Shown one piece after another: positions 9,117 to 17,898 of a stretch of DNA of 64,000 bases (positions are counted from its first letter, which is position 1; each line of letters starts with the position of its first letter). The stretch is from the NCBI GenBank assembly GCA_963843705.1, contig CAWJLQ010000009.1:56770-120769 (forward strand), in the 5' to 3' direction. The notes under the pieces were generated by a model. It was not told the origin of the DNA and did not search any database. It saw only the letters and a program-made list of their open reading frames with translations. The DNA is from an uncultured Actinomycetes bacterium (lineage in GTDB: Bacteria; Actinomycetota; Thermoleophilia; Gaiellales; JAICJC01). The position numbers and the translations under genes are program-made.

Positions 9117-10060
9117 TGGGCGCGGCTCCCGAGCGTCACCCGCGGGTCGAGCAGCGCGTAGGCGAGGTCGACGAGGGTGTTCACCACGACGAACGTGGCC
9201 ACCAGCACGAGCGAGATGCCCTGCACGACGGCGAAGTCCTTCGACTGCGCCGAGGTGACCAGGTAGGCGCCGAGGCCGTTCAGGCTGAAGGCGGTCTCGA
9301 CCACGGCGTCGATCGCGATCAGCGAGGCGATCGTCAGCCCGGCGATCGTCGTGATCGGGATCGCGGCGTTCCGCAGCACGTGCCGGCGCACGACCGTGGC
9401 GTAGGGGATGCCGCGCGAGATCGCCGTCTGCACGTGCTCCTTGCCCGCCTCCTCACGGACGGCCGCACGGGTCACGCGCGCCACCAGGGCGAGCGAGCCG
9501 ACCGCGAGGCTGATCGCGGGCAGCGTCAGGTGCTGCAGCTGGCCGATCGGGCCGGAGCCGTTGCCGAGCGCCGGGAACCAGCCCAGGTCGACCGCGAACA
9601 CGGTGATCAGGACGACCGCGGCGACGAACGACGGCAGTGCGGCCGAGAGCGTGGTGACGACGACGACGCCGGTGTCGACGACCCCGGGGCGCAGCGCGCC
9701 GAGCACGCCCAGCGCGACGCCGGCCACCACGATCAGCACCGACGCATAGGCCACCAGCTCGAGCGTCGTGCCCATCCGGGACGCGATCAGGGTCGACACG
9801 TTCTCGCGCAGGATGATCGAGATGCCGAGGTCGCCGTGCAGCGCGCCCGTGAGCCAGTCCCAGTAGCGGACGAGGAAGGGGTCGTCCAGGTGGTAGCGGT
9901 GCTTGAGGATGGCCACGCTCGACGCCGGCAGCGACCGGCCGCCCGAGAGCGTCGCGATCGGATCGCCGGGGGCGATGTCGAGCGCGCTGAAGATCACGAA
10001 GCTCGACACGAGCAGCGTGGCCGCCAGCATCAGGGCGCGCCGTGCCAGGAACGCCGCCAC
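9113..10060 (-). CDS. Peptide ABC transporter permease (DppB-like)
   Basis: PGDP, LHGDLG, HLTLPA, RHVLRNA, DLAYALLDPRV. Confidence 0.92.
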   Translation of the reverse strand: MAAFLARRALMLAATLLVSSFVIFSALDIAPGDPIATLSGGRSLPASSVAILKHRYHLDDPFLVRYWDWLTGALHGDLGISIILRENVSTLIASRMGTTLELVAYASVLIVVAGVALGVLGALRPGVVDTGVVVVTTLSAALPSFVAAVVLITVFAVDLGWFPALGNGSGPIGQLQHLTLPAISLAVGSLALVARVTRAAVREEAGKEHVQTAISRGIPYATVVRRHVLRNAAIPITTIAGLTIASLIAIDAVVETAFSLNGLGAYLVTSAQSKDFAVVQGISLVLVATFVVVNTLVDLAYALLDPRVTLGSRAQ

Positions 10061-10063
10061 GGG

Positions 10064-11698
10064 CTACCCGGCGGCGCCGAGGCCGGCGATCCAGGGCGCG
10101 AACATGTACGAGAACGACGACGCCGGCCCGGTGAGCTTGCGGTTCAGGATCAGGATGCTGTCGGGGTCGGCCACCGGGATCCACGGCAGCTGCTGGACGA
10201 TGATCTTCTGCGCCTGCGCGACCAGCGTGGCCCGCTGGTTGGCGTCGGCCGTGCCGCGGGCCTGGTTCATCAGGCGCGTGACCGTGGCGTTCGAGAAGCC
10301 GTCGTAGTTCTGCGAGCCGTCGGGCATCACCAGTGTCGAATAGAGGCCGGCCGGGTCGGCGTAGTCCGGGTAGTTGACGGTGAAGAACCCGTCGATGCCG
10401 GCGCGGGCCTTGGGGTCGACGAAGAAGTTGATGTAGTTCGCCGCCGAGACGGACTTCAGGTTCACGTGCAGGCCGATCTGGCGGCCGGCGCTCTGGAACA
10501 TCACCGCCTCGGTGTTGATGTTGTTCAGCTGGCTGGACATGCCGAGCGTGATCGTCTTGCCGGTCGCGCCCGCCTGCTGCACGAGCCGCTTGGCCTCGGC
10601 GAGGTTCTGCTTCGGCTCGGGCAGGGCGTTCCACGCCGACTGGAAGACGGAGCGGCCGTAGCCCCAGGTGCCCGGGTTGGCGAGCGTCCGCGGCAGCTGG
10701 GCGGCGCCCTTGTACACGCTCTGGATGAAGCTCTCGCGGTTGATCGCGAGCGACAGGGCGCGGCGCACGAGCACGTTGCCGAGCGGCCCCTTCGCGTTCG
10801 AGACGATGAACGCGTCGGACGAGTAGGACGGGCCGAGGTAGACCTTCAGGTTCGAGGCCGACTTCAGCTGGTCGAGGGTCGAGATGTTCAGCGGGTAGTC
10901 GCCCATGATCTCGCCGGTGAGGAGGCCGGCGGTGGCGGCCGAGTCGGTGGGGACGCCCTTGAAGTCGATCTCGGACACCTTGGGCCGCAGCGCCGCGTCC
11001 CAGTAGTTCGGGTTCGCGGTCACGGAGAGGACGTCGCCCGGGTGCCACGACTTCAGCTTGAACGGGCCGCTGCACATGATGCCGCCGGTCGGCGTGCCGA
11101 AGGCCTTGCCGGCCTTCTCGGTGAAGCGCTTCTCGACGATGAAGCCGGGCGTCGAGGCGAGCTCGCCCGCCAGCCAGTAGTCGGGCTGGGTGAGGGTGAT
11201 GACCACCGTGTGCGGCCCCTGCGCGGCGATCGAGCGCACGCGGCTGAAGACGGCGCCGTAGAACCCGCCCAGCTTGGGGTCGCGCTGGCGGTCGAGGCTG
11301 TAGACGACGTCGGCCGAGGTGACCGGGGTGCCGTCCCAGAAGTGCGCGTCGGTGCGCAGCTGGAAGACCAGCGTGGTCGGGTTGCGGTAGGTGAGCGTCG
11401 AGAGGCCCGGCCCGACGACGCCCTCGGGCGACTGGCGGATCAGGGTGTCGCACATCGACGCGATCACCGTGTTCTCCGGGTAGTCGAAGGCGAAGATCGG
11501 GTCGAGTGAGTTCGTCTCCCGGTAGAGCGCCCAGGTGACGGCGCCCGAGTACGTGCCCTGCGCCGCCGGCGTCGTCGCGTGCAGTGACGAGCTGGCGGGG
11601 GGCGGGGTGGACGTGCCGCCTCCGGCCGACCGGCCGCAGCCGGCCGCGAGGACGAGGACGAGGAGCGCAGCGGCGGATCGGCGCCAGACGGTGTTCAT
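10064..11698 (-). CDS. Peptide ABC transporter substrate-binding lipoprotein (family 5)
   Basis: Lipobox LAAGC, then SLDP, FWDGTPVTSADVVYS and SGPFKL motifs. RBS GGGAGG before the ATG at 11698. Confidence 0.9.
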   Translation of the reverse strand: MNTVWRRSAAALLVLVLAAGCGRSAGGGTSTPPPASSSLHATTPAAQGTYSGAVTWALYRETNSLDPIFAFDYPENTVIASMCDTLIRQSPEGVVGPGLSTLTYRNPTTLVFQLRTDAHFWDGTPVTSADVVYSLDRQRDPKLGGFYGAVFSRVRSIAAQGPHTVVITLTQPDYWLAGELASTPGFIVEKRFTEKAGKAFGTPTGGIMCSGPFKLKSWHPGDVLSVTANPNYWDAALRPKVSEIDFKGVPTDSAATAGLLTGEIMGDYPLNISTLDQLKSASNLKVYLGPSYSSDAFIVSNAKGPLGNVLVRRALSLAINRESFIQSVYKGAAQLPRTLANPGTWGYGRSVFQSAWNALPEPKQNLAEAKRLVQQAGATGKTITLGMSSQLNNINTEAVMFQSAGRQIGLHVNLKSVSAANYINFFVDPKARAGIDGFFTVNYPDYADPAGLYSTLVMPDGSQNYDGFSNATVTRLMNQARGTADANQRATLVAQAQKIIVQQLPWIPVADPDSILILNRKLTGPASSFSYMFAPWIAGLGAAG

Positions 11699-11726
11699 GG
11701 TGTCCCTCCCGGACGTTCGGGCGCGG

Positions 11727-11777
11727 ATCCTCGCAGGTGACCACGCCGATGTCAAGTAGAATGACAACGCTGTGGAC
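11727..11777 (-). promoter_or_regulatory. Sigma70-type promoter (TTGACA-N17-GAGGAT) with adjacent putative TetR operator
   Basis: Minus-strand TTGACA at 11755-11750 and GAGGAT at 11732-11727. Imperfect palindrome GACAACGCTGTGGAC at 11763-11777 lies in the divergent gap. Confidence 0.5.
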
Positions 11778-11809
11778 AACACGGCCCGCCCGGGATAGGA
11801 TGCGCGGCC

Positions 11810-12457
11810 ATGGCAACCGCCTCGCGCCGGCGCCTCGACCGCAGCCTGATCGTCACGGCCGCGCTGCGTGTGATCGACCGGGACGGTCTCGAGGGCCTCA
11901 CGCTGCGCCGCCTGGGCGCCGAGCTCGGGGCCGATCCGACCGCGGTCTACCGCCACTTCCGCGACAAGGACGAGATCCTCCTGGCGGTCGCGGACAGCCT
12001 CCTGACCGCGATCGCCGATACCTTCACCGTCACGGGTGACTGGCGCGACACGCTGCGCCGGCTGTCGATGCAGGCGTGGGAGATGTACCACGCGCACCCG
12101 CACTTCGCCGCCCGGCTGGCTCGTGCACCGGAGGTGCTGGAGGGGCAGGAACGGCTGGCCGAGATCGCGCTTGCGGCGCTGCGCAGCGCCGGCCTCGAGG
12201 ACGCCGACGCCGCGATGTGCGACCACATCCTGGTGAACTACACCGCGGGCGTCGCGAGCATCGAGGCCGAGCTGCGCGCCGCCAGCCCCGCCGCGGACGT
12301 CTGGCGGCGGAGCTACGCGATGCTGCCCGCCGACGCCTTCCCCAACTGCGTCGCGCTCGCATCGCACATGTTCGGCGACCCCCGCCGGCACTTCGAGCTC
12401 GGGCTCGACCTGCTCCTCGACGGCATCGCCCGGATGGCGGACGGCGGCGGCGGGTAG
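11810..12457 (+). CDS. TetR family transcriptional regulator
   Basis: LTLRRLGAELGADPTAVYRHFRDKDEIL HTH and TetR-class C-terminus (FELGLDLLLDGI). Divergent from the ABC operon. Confidence 0.93.
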   Translation: MATASRRRLDRSLIVTAALRVIDRDGLEGLTLRRLGAELGADPTAVYRHFRDKDEILLAVADSLLTAIADTFTVTGDWRDTLRRLSMQAWEMYHAHPHFAARLARAPEVLEGQERLAEIALAALRSAGLEDADAAMCDHILVNYTAGVASIEAELRAASPAADVWRRSYAMLPADAFPNCVALASHMFGDPRRHFELGLDLLLDGIARMADGGGG

Positions 12458-12479
12458 GCGAGGCCCCCCGGCTGCCGAT

Positions 12480-13838
12480 CTAGCCAAGCCGGCGCCGGAT
12501 GGCGTGCGCGGCCGCCGTGCCGGTCGTGACCGCGGTGTCGACGTAGGTCGTGCCCAGGTAGTCGCCGGCCAGGAAGACGTTGCCGAGCGAGCGCTCGAGC
12601 GCCGGCTGGAGCAGGTGGCGGCCGGGCCGCGGATGCGGCAGGCCGTGCGGCCACCGCCTCACCTGCACCTCCTCGACGTGTCCGGCCAGGGCGGGGAAGA
12701 GCTCCTCGACGTCGCGGGTGTACGTACGCGCCACCTCGTCGTCGTCGCAGCCGGCGAGGGCGCCGGCCAGGCCCGCCGCCGAGTAGACCATGAGCGTCCC
12801 GCCCGGCGCACGCGCCCCGCCGGTACGGGTGACGTTCGCCGTGTTGAAGAGCATGTTGAAGGAGCGCTTCGGCGTCGCCAGCGCGTAGATGTGGTCGTAG
12901 GGCATGGGCCCCGGCTCGCGGGTCAGGAACGCGCCCACGACGTACGGCCCGTAGGCGATCCCGGCCAGGGCGGCGGCGGTGTCGTCCGGGAGCCCGGCGA
13001 TCACCCGTCCGGCGGCGAACGCCGGCACCGCCACGACGGCGAAGCGCGCGGCGATCGACCGTGAGCGCCCGTCGGCCGTGTAGCGCACCGTGACCCCCGC
13101 GTCGTCCTGCGCGACCTGCTCGACCGGGCAGGCGGTGCGCACCCGCGGCCCGAGCGCGCCCGCGATCGCCTCCGGCAGCCGCGCCGATCCGCCGAGCACG
13201 TTTCGGGTCAGCCCGCCCTCGCGGTCCCAGACGAGCTGAAAGTAGCCGATGCCGTAGCCGGCCGACACCTGCTCCGGCTCGCCCGAGGAGCGCTGGATGG
13301 TGGGCCGGAAGATCGCGTCGACCTCGGCGGGCACGTCGCCGAGGAAGTCGGCGAAGGTGCGGTCGTCGCGGTAGGCGAGGATGCGGGCGCGCCTGGCCGC
13401 CTCGGTCTCGCCGGGCCGGCGCCGCGCCATCCGGCCGTACTCGAGCACCGCCAGGCGCACGCGCGCACCCGCCCGCACGAGCGCGACCCGCTCGGTCCGG
13501 GTCAGGGGCAGCCGGAAGGGGTAGGTCTCGACGCGCCCGCCCGAGAGCACCCGCCCGTTCATCGCCAGCGCCGTCAGCACACCCGGTACGGGCGCCGCCT
13601 CGACGCCCGTTGCACTCAGCAGCCGGCCGGTCGCCGACTCGGGCCCGGCCAGCACGTGGCCGCCGAAGTTCAGCCAGTACGGGTCGCGCGGCAGCGACAG
13701 CAGCCGGCCGCCGGCGCGGCCATCCGCCTCCAGCACGACGACGTCGCGGTCGCGCAGCTCCCACGCGGCCGCGAGGCCGGCCATGCCACCGCCCACGACG
13801 ACGATCTCGGCGTGCTCGGCGTCGGCGCTCGCGGGCAT
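12480..13838 (-). CDS. FAD-dependent oxidoreductase (flavin amine oxidase / protoporphyrinogen oxidase-like)
   Basis: VVVGGGMAGLAAA...LEADGRAGGR Rossmann fold and C-terminal FLAGDY. Confidence 0.85.
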   Translation of the reverse strand: MPASADAEHAEIVVVGGGMAGLAAAWELRDRDVVVLEADGRAGGRLLSLPRDPYWLNFGGHVLAGPESATGRLLSATGVEAAPVPGVLTALAMNGRVLSGGRVETYPFRLPLTRTERVALVRAGARVRLAVLEYGRMARRRPGETEAARRARILAYRDDRTFADFLGDVPAEVDAIFRPTIQRSSGEPEQVSAGYGIGYFQLVWDREGGLTRNVLGGSARLPEAIAGALGPRVRTACPVEQVAQDDAGVTVRYTADGRSRSIAARFAVVAVPAFAAGRVIAGLPDDTAAALAGIAYGPYVVGAFLTREPGPMPYDHIYALATPKRSFNMLFNTANVTRTGGARAPGGTLMVYSAAGLAGALAGCDDDEVARTYTRDVEELFPALAGHVEEVQVRRWPHGLPHPRPGRHLLQPALERSLGNVFLAGDYLGTTYVDTAVTTGTAAAHAIRRRLG

Positions 13839-13859
13839 CGGCCAACCGTAGCGCCGGCG

Positions 13860-14993
13860 TCAGTCCAGTGCCGGGAGCCGGTCGAGGAACGCCCCGATGC
13901 CCTCGATCACGTGCTCGAACCGGAGCGAGTGGAAGATGTCGAAGCCGTGCTCGGCCCCGGGCAGCTCGGCGTAGACGATCGGGTTGCGGGCACGGGCGCG
14001 CAGCTCGCGAGCGAAGTGCCGGGCGGACGCCGCCGGGACGAGGCTGTCGCCGTCACCGTGGATGATGAAGAAGGGCGGCGCCTGTGCGTGGGCGTGCGCC
14101 CCAGGTGACGATGCCACCGGGCCGTCCGACTCGCGGGGGCCGAAGTAGCCGTACAGGCAGACGGCCGCGCTGACCGACGTGTCGGCGGACTCGAACCCGG
14201 GCTGGAGCCTTGCGTCCTGCGGCGTCAGCGCCGCCATCGCTGCGAGGTGCGCCCCGGCCGAGCTCCCCGCCACGACGATCACTCCCGGGTCGCCGCCGTA
14301 CTCGGCGGCGTGCGCCCGCAGCCAGACGATCGCACGCTTGGCGTCGACGAGCGAGTTCGGGAACCGGCCCGGCCGCCGCACCCGGTATCCGGCGCTCGCG
14401 CACAGCCATCCCCGGTCGGCGAGCGTATGCAGGAGCGGGCGGGCCTCGCGGCTCTTCCCGCCCATCCGGAAGTGCCCGCCGTGGAGGTGGAGCAGGATGG
14501 GGGCGCCGCGCGGATGCGAGCGGCTCCGGTAGAGGTCGAGCCGCGTGCGGCGGCCGACGGCCGCGTAGGCGACATTGCGGATGCGCTCGACGCCTCGAGG
14601 CCGCACCGGCAGCGGGGCGACCACGACCCGCGCCCGCCGCCGCCAGGGAAGACCCTGGACGGGCGCGTCAGCGCCGATGCCCTCGCGTAGCGCGGTCGCG
14701 ACGGCGGGACCGGTCGCGATCCCGCGCCGGATCACGAGGCCAAGCCCTGCCGAGATCACTCCCGCGAGCACGAGCACGCCGGCTGCGCCGGGTGCGTGGA
14801 GGTCGCCGTTCACCCACGCGAGCAGCGTGACCGCGAGCACCCAGGCGAACGCCACGAAGGGCAGCTCGTTCAGGGCCGCCGTGATGACGAGGAGCGCCGG
14901 CACGCGCGCGCGCAGCCGCGCAGGCGCAAGCACGAGCGCCGTCTCGATCCCGACGGTCAGGTACGCGGACCAGAGGTAACCGGGAGCGTTCAT
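13860..14993 (-). CDS. Membrane-anchored alpha/beta hydrolase (HSL-type esterase/lipase)
   Basis: HGGHF, GSSAGAH, HGDGD and AEHGFD motifs; N-terminal TM helices. ATG at 14993 chosen from the promoter position. Confidence 0.88.
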   Translation of the reverse strand: MNAPGYLWSAYLTVGIETALVLAPARLRARVPALLVITAALNELPFVAFAWVLAVTLLAWVNGDLHAPGAAGVLVLAGVISAGLGLVIRRGIATGPAVATALREGIGADAPVQGLPWRRRARVVVAPLPVRPRGVERIRNVAYAAVGRRTRLDLYRSRSHPRGAPILLHLHGGHFRMGGKSREARPLLHTLADRGWLCASAGYRVRRPGRFPNSLVDAKRAIVWLRAHAAEYGGDPGVIVVAGSSAGAHLAAMAALTPQDARLQPGFESADTSVSAAVCLYGYFGPRESDGPVASSPGAHAHAQAPPFFIIHGDGDSLVPAASARHFARELRARARNPIVYAELPGAEHGFDIFHSLRFEHVIEGIGAFLDRLPALD

Positions 14994-15007
14994 GCCGGAG
15001 GTCGTGT

Positions 15008-15034
15008 CTACCCGCACGCCGCGGCTGCGAAACC
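15008..15034 (-). promoter_or_regulatory. SigB/SigF-type promoter (GGTTT-N16-GGGTAG)
   Basis: Near-consensus match to the actinobacterial SigF promoter GGWWT-N16/17-GGGTAY, 14 nt upstream of the esterase ATG. Confidence 0.65.
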
Positions 15035-15224
15035 GGCCTCAGGGGGGACTCCCGGTGCGGGCGACCAGCGTGAGGGGGCTGTCGTTGGCGGCCACCCGCA
15101 CCAGGGCTCTGGGCTCGTCGCGGCGATGAGCTCGACCTGGAAGGGATCGGCGAGCCGGCCGCCGGCGGCACGGACACGGCAAGACACAAACCCATCGCAT
15201 CACGATAGTATCTCCGGCTCCGGC

Positions 15225-15251
15225 CGTTAGGGCCGCATCCGTTCGTGGTAT
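15225..15251 (+). promoter_or_regulatory. SigB/SigF-type promoter (CGTTA-N16-TGGTAT)
   Basis: Same spacing and the same CGTGGTAYGGA core as upstream of both sigma genes. Confidence 0.5.
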
Positions 15252-15263
15252 GGAATGGAAGGG

Positions 15264-16121
15264 ATGCGCCGCACCGCCAGCGACCCGCGCGACCCCGAGC
15301 TGCGGCGCCGTGGGCGGCAGCTCGTCCAACTCGCCCGTCAGGCGACGTCCGACTTCCTCTCGGACGGCTGCATGGACTACGCAGCCTCGATCAGCTTCCA
15401 CGTCCTCCTGTCCATCTTCCCGCTGGCGATCCTGGTCACATCGGTGAGCGGCGCGTTCGTGCTCGGAGGCCCGTCCGACCAGCAGAAGGTGGTCGACCAG
15501 ATCGTCCAGCTCGTCCCGCTGTCGGCCTCCGGCCAGCGGGAGGTGCACCACCTGATCGTGAGCGCGACGTCGACGTCGGGGGCGTTCAACGCCGTCAGCG
15601 CGGTCGGCCTCGTCTGGGCGGCGAGCGGGATGATGGCCGCGCTGCGTTCCGCCCTGAACCGTGCGTGGGGCGTCGACGACCGGCGTCCGTTCCTGCGCGG
15701 AAAGTTCTGGGACGTCCTGCTGGTGGCGGGAGCGGGGGTGGCCTTCACCGCCGCCACGACGCTCGTCATCCTCTCGCACGTCTCCATCGCCGGCGTCGGG
15801 CTCGGCGGCGTCGTGACCGAGACGGTGGGGCCGTTCGTGGCCGTCTTCATCGGCTTCGGATTCCTCTTCCGCTTCGTGCCCGCCTTCCGTCCGCGGCTGC
15901 GCAGCGTCGCCATCGGTGCCGCGGCCGGTGCGGTCGGGTTCACGGCACTCGAGCACGGCTTCGCGCTCTACGTCGCGCACCTGGCCAGCTACAACCGCGT
16001 GTACGGCACGCTGGCGACGCCGGTGGCCCTGCTCTTCTTCGTGTACCTGACGGCGATCACGATGCTCTGGTGCGCAGAGCTCGCGGCGATCCTGGACGGA
16101 TCGCACAGCCGCCGCGACTGA
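15264..16121 (+). CDS. YihY/virulence factor BrkB family membrane protein
   Basis: AASISFHVLLSIFP, ALNRAW, YNRVYGTLA, LWCAEL motifs. Alternative start at 15255. Confidence 0.88.
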   Translation: MRRTASDPRDPELRRRGRQLVQLARQATSDFLSDGCMDYAASISFHVLLSIFPLAILVTSVSGAFVLGGPSDQQKVVDQIVQLVPLSASGQREVHHLIVSATSTSGAFNAVSAVGLVWAASGMMAALRSALNRAWGVDDRRPFLRGKFWDVLLVAGAGVAFTAATTLVILSHVSIAGVGLGGVVTETVGPFVAVFIGFGFLFRFVPAFRPRLRSVAIGAAAGAVGFTALEHGFALYVAHLASYNRVYGTLATPVALLFFVYLTAITMLWCAELAAILDGSHSRRD

Positions 16122-16469
16122 CCGCCCGTGCGGTCACGCCGCCGCCGCGAGCGTCGACATGCCGAACGCGCGGGCGCCCCTGCCCCGAGCCGGCGTCCGG
16201 GTGGTCGTACTCGCGGAGGACTCGAGATCGCTGTAGAGCGCCAGCCATCCGTCGGCCCGGCGTCAGCGGCCGGCTTCGCGCCGGGCGGGCTCCCGCCACT
16301 CCGGCCGCCGGCTTCCGGGCGCCCACCCCGCCTTCGGCCTCCTCGACGGCCAGACCGATCTCGACGTTCCTGCCCGCTGCGTGTGCCGCCCACCGGTCGC
16401 GGCTTCCGCGTTGGTCTGCCCGTTCACGGCCGGATGAAACATTGGTGCGGCATGCGGAGCATCGGGAGA

Positions 16470-16496
16470 TGATTGAGCCGGGATGCGCCGTGGTAC
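16470..16496 (+). promoter_or_regulatory. SigB/SigF-type promoter (TGATT-N16-TGGTAC)
   Basis: Directly upstream of the in-frame GTG at 16506 of a SigB/F sigma gene; suggests autoregulation. Confidence 0.55.
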
Positions 16497-16505
16497 GGAC
16501 GATCT

Positions 16506-17297
16506 GTGTCCACGGCCTCCCGTCGAGGCGCAGGCGTGCCGCTCGAGCGGACGGGCGACGCGCGGCTCGCGGCGCTCGCGCGCAGCGGCGACGCCGCCGC
16601 CCGCGAGATGCTGATCCGACGTCACGGGCGCCTCGTCCGCCGGCTGGCGCGCGGATTCGGATCCTCCGGCTTCTCGCAGGACGACCTCATGCAGACCGGA
16701 TATGTCGCCCTCATCCTGGCGGTCGAGCGGTTCGACCCCGGCCGGGGCGTCCAGTTCGGCACCTACGCCGCCGCGCTCATCCGGGGAGAGCTGCAGCACA
16801 TGCTCCGCGACCAGGGCTGGAGCATCCGCGTGCCGCGCTCGCTGCAGGAGATCGGCAGCGCCGCGGTCCGCCAGCGGGAGCTGCTTGCCCAGTCAGAGGG
16901 CCGTCAGCCGTCGGTTGCCGACATCGCCTCGTCCCTCGGCCTGGCGCCCGGCTCGGTGCGCGACGGGCTGGCCGCCCGGGGCGCCTATCGCGCCGACGCG
17001 TTGGGCGCGGACGAGGATGAGCGGGTCGGCGCGGGCGACGCCGGCTACGAGCGCGTCGAGCGCTCGCTCGACCTGGCCGCCGCCCTGCCGAGGCTGCCCG
17101 TGCGTCAGCGCGAGATCGTGCTGCTCCGGTTCGAGCACGACATGACCCAGCGCGCGATCGCGGAGCGGCTGGGGCTGAGCCAGGTGCACGTGTCCCGGCT
17201 GCTGCGCGCCGCCCTGGCGACGCTGCGAGGGCTGCTGGAGGACGCGCCGGCGCCGCCACCGCGTGCCGCGGCCCCGCCGGTCTCGGCATTGGAGTAG
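16506..17297 (+). CDS. SigB/SigF/SigG-family RNA polymerase sigma factor
   Basis: DDLMQTG, AVERFDPGRGVQFGTYA, GELQHMLRDQGWSIRVPRSLQE, MTQRAIAERLGLSQVHVSRLL. Start uncertain (16473/16506/16536). Confidence 0.92.
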   Translation: MSTASRRGAGVPLERTGDARLAALARSGDAAAREMLIRRHGRLVRRLARGFGSSGFSQDDLMQTGYVALILAVERFDPGRGVQFGTYAAALIRGELQHMLRDQGWSIRVPRSLQEIGSAAVRQRELLAQSEGRQPSVADIASSLGLAPGSVRDGLAARGAYRADALGADEDERVGAGDAGYERVERSLDLAAALPRLPVRQREIVLLRFEHDMTQRAIAERLGLSQVHVSRLLRAALATLRGLLEDAPAPPPRAAAPPVSALE

Positions 17298-17306
17298 GCT
17301 GATGCC

Positions 17307-17738
17307 ATGGCGAGAAAGGACGCGGCGTCGCTTTCGGATGTTCAACGGGTCGCGGAATTTCGGGTGGCGCTGCGCCGCTTCGAGGCCCGCAGCGATCTGG
17401 CCGCCCGGGCGGCCAGCCTCACCCCGCAGCGGTACCTGCTGCTCGTGGCCATCAAGGGCGCCCCCGACGGCCGCGAGCAGGCCTCGGTCAGCGAGCTCGC
17501 TGACCGGCTCGAGATGCCGCAGACCACCGTGAGCGATCTCGTGACGCGCGCCGAGGACGTGGGACTTGTGGTGCGCGAGCCCTCGGCGCTCGACGGCCGG
17601 GTGGTGCACGTCCGCCTGACCGCTGAGGGCGACCGCCGGCTGGCCGACTGCCTCGACTCGCTCGACGAGGACCGGGCGGAGCTCGAGCGCGCCCTGGCCG
17701 CAGCCACCCGGCGCATCCGCTCGATCCGGCGCGCCTGA
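17307..17738 (+). CDS. MarR family transcriptional regulator
   Basis: LTPQRYLLLVAI, VSELADRL, DGRVVHVRLT winged HTH. Confidence 0.9.
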   Translation: MARKDAASLSDVQRVAEFRVALRRFEARSDLAARAASLTPQRYLLLVAIKGAPDGREQASVSELADRLEMPQTTVSDLVTRAEDVGLVVREPSALDGRVVHVRLTAEGDRRLADCLDSLDEDRAELERALAAATRRIRSIRRA

Positions 17739-17898
17739 CGCTCACGCGGCGTCGGACGGCCGCGCGGCGGCCGGCGAGCGGCCCGTCGTAATCCGTCGGG
17801 TCAATTCCTCGACTTCCATCGGTATACGAGATATACTCGCGCGGTGGAGGGGGACTCCCGGCCGTTCGGAGCCGGACGAATTCCCAAGGAGTGTCAGG

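Noticed and set aside
15039-15201. Possible 53-aa minus-strand ORF (MRWVCVLPCPC...) after a TACTAT box
   Set aside because: Codon usage is atypical and no family is recognisable; not enough support to call it.
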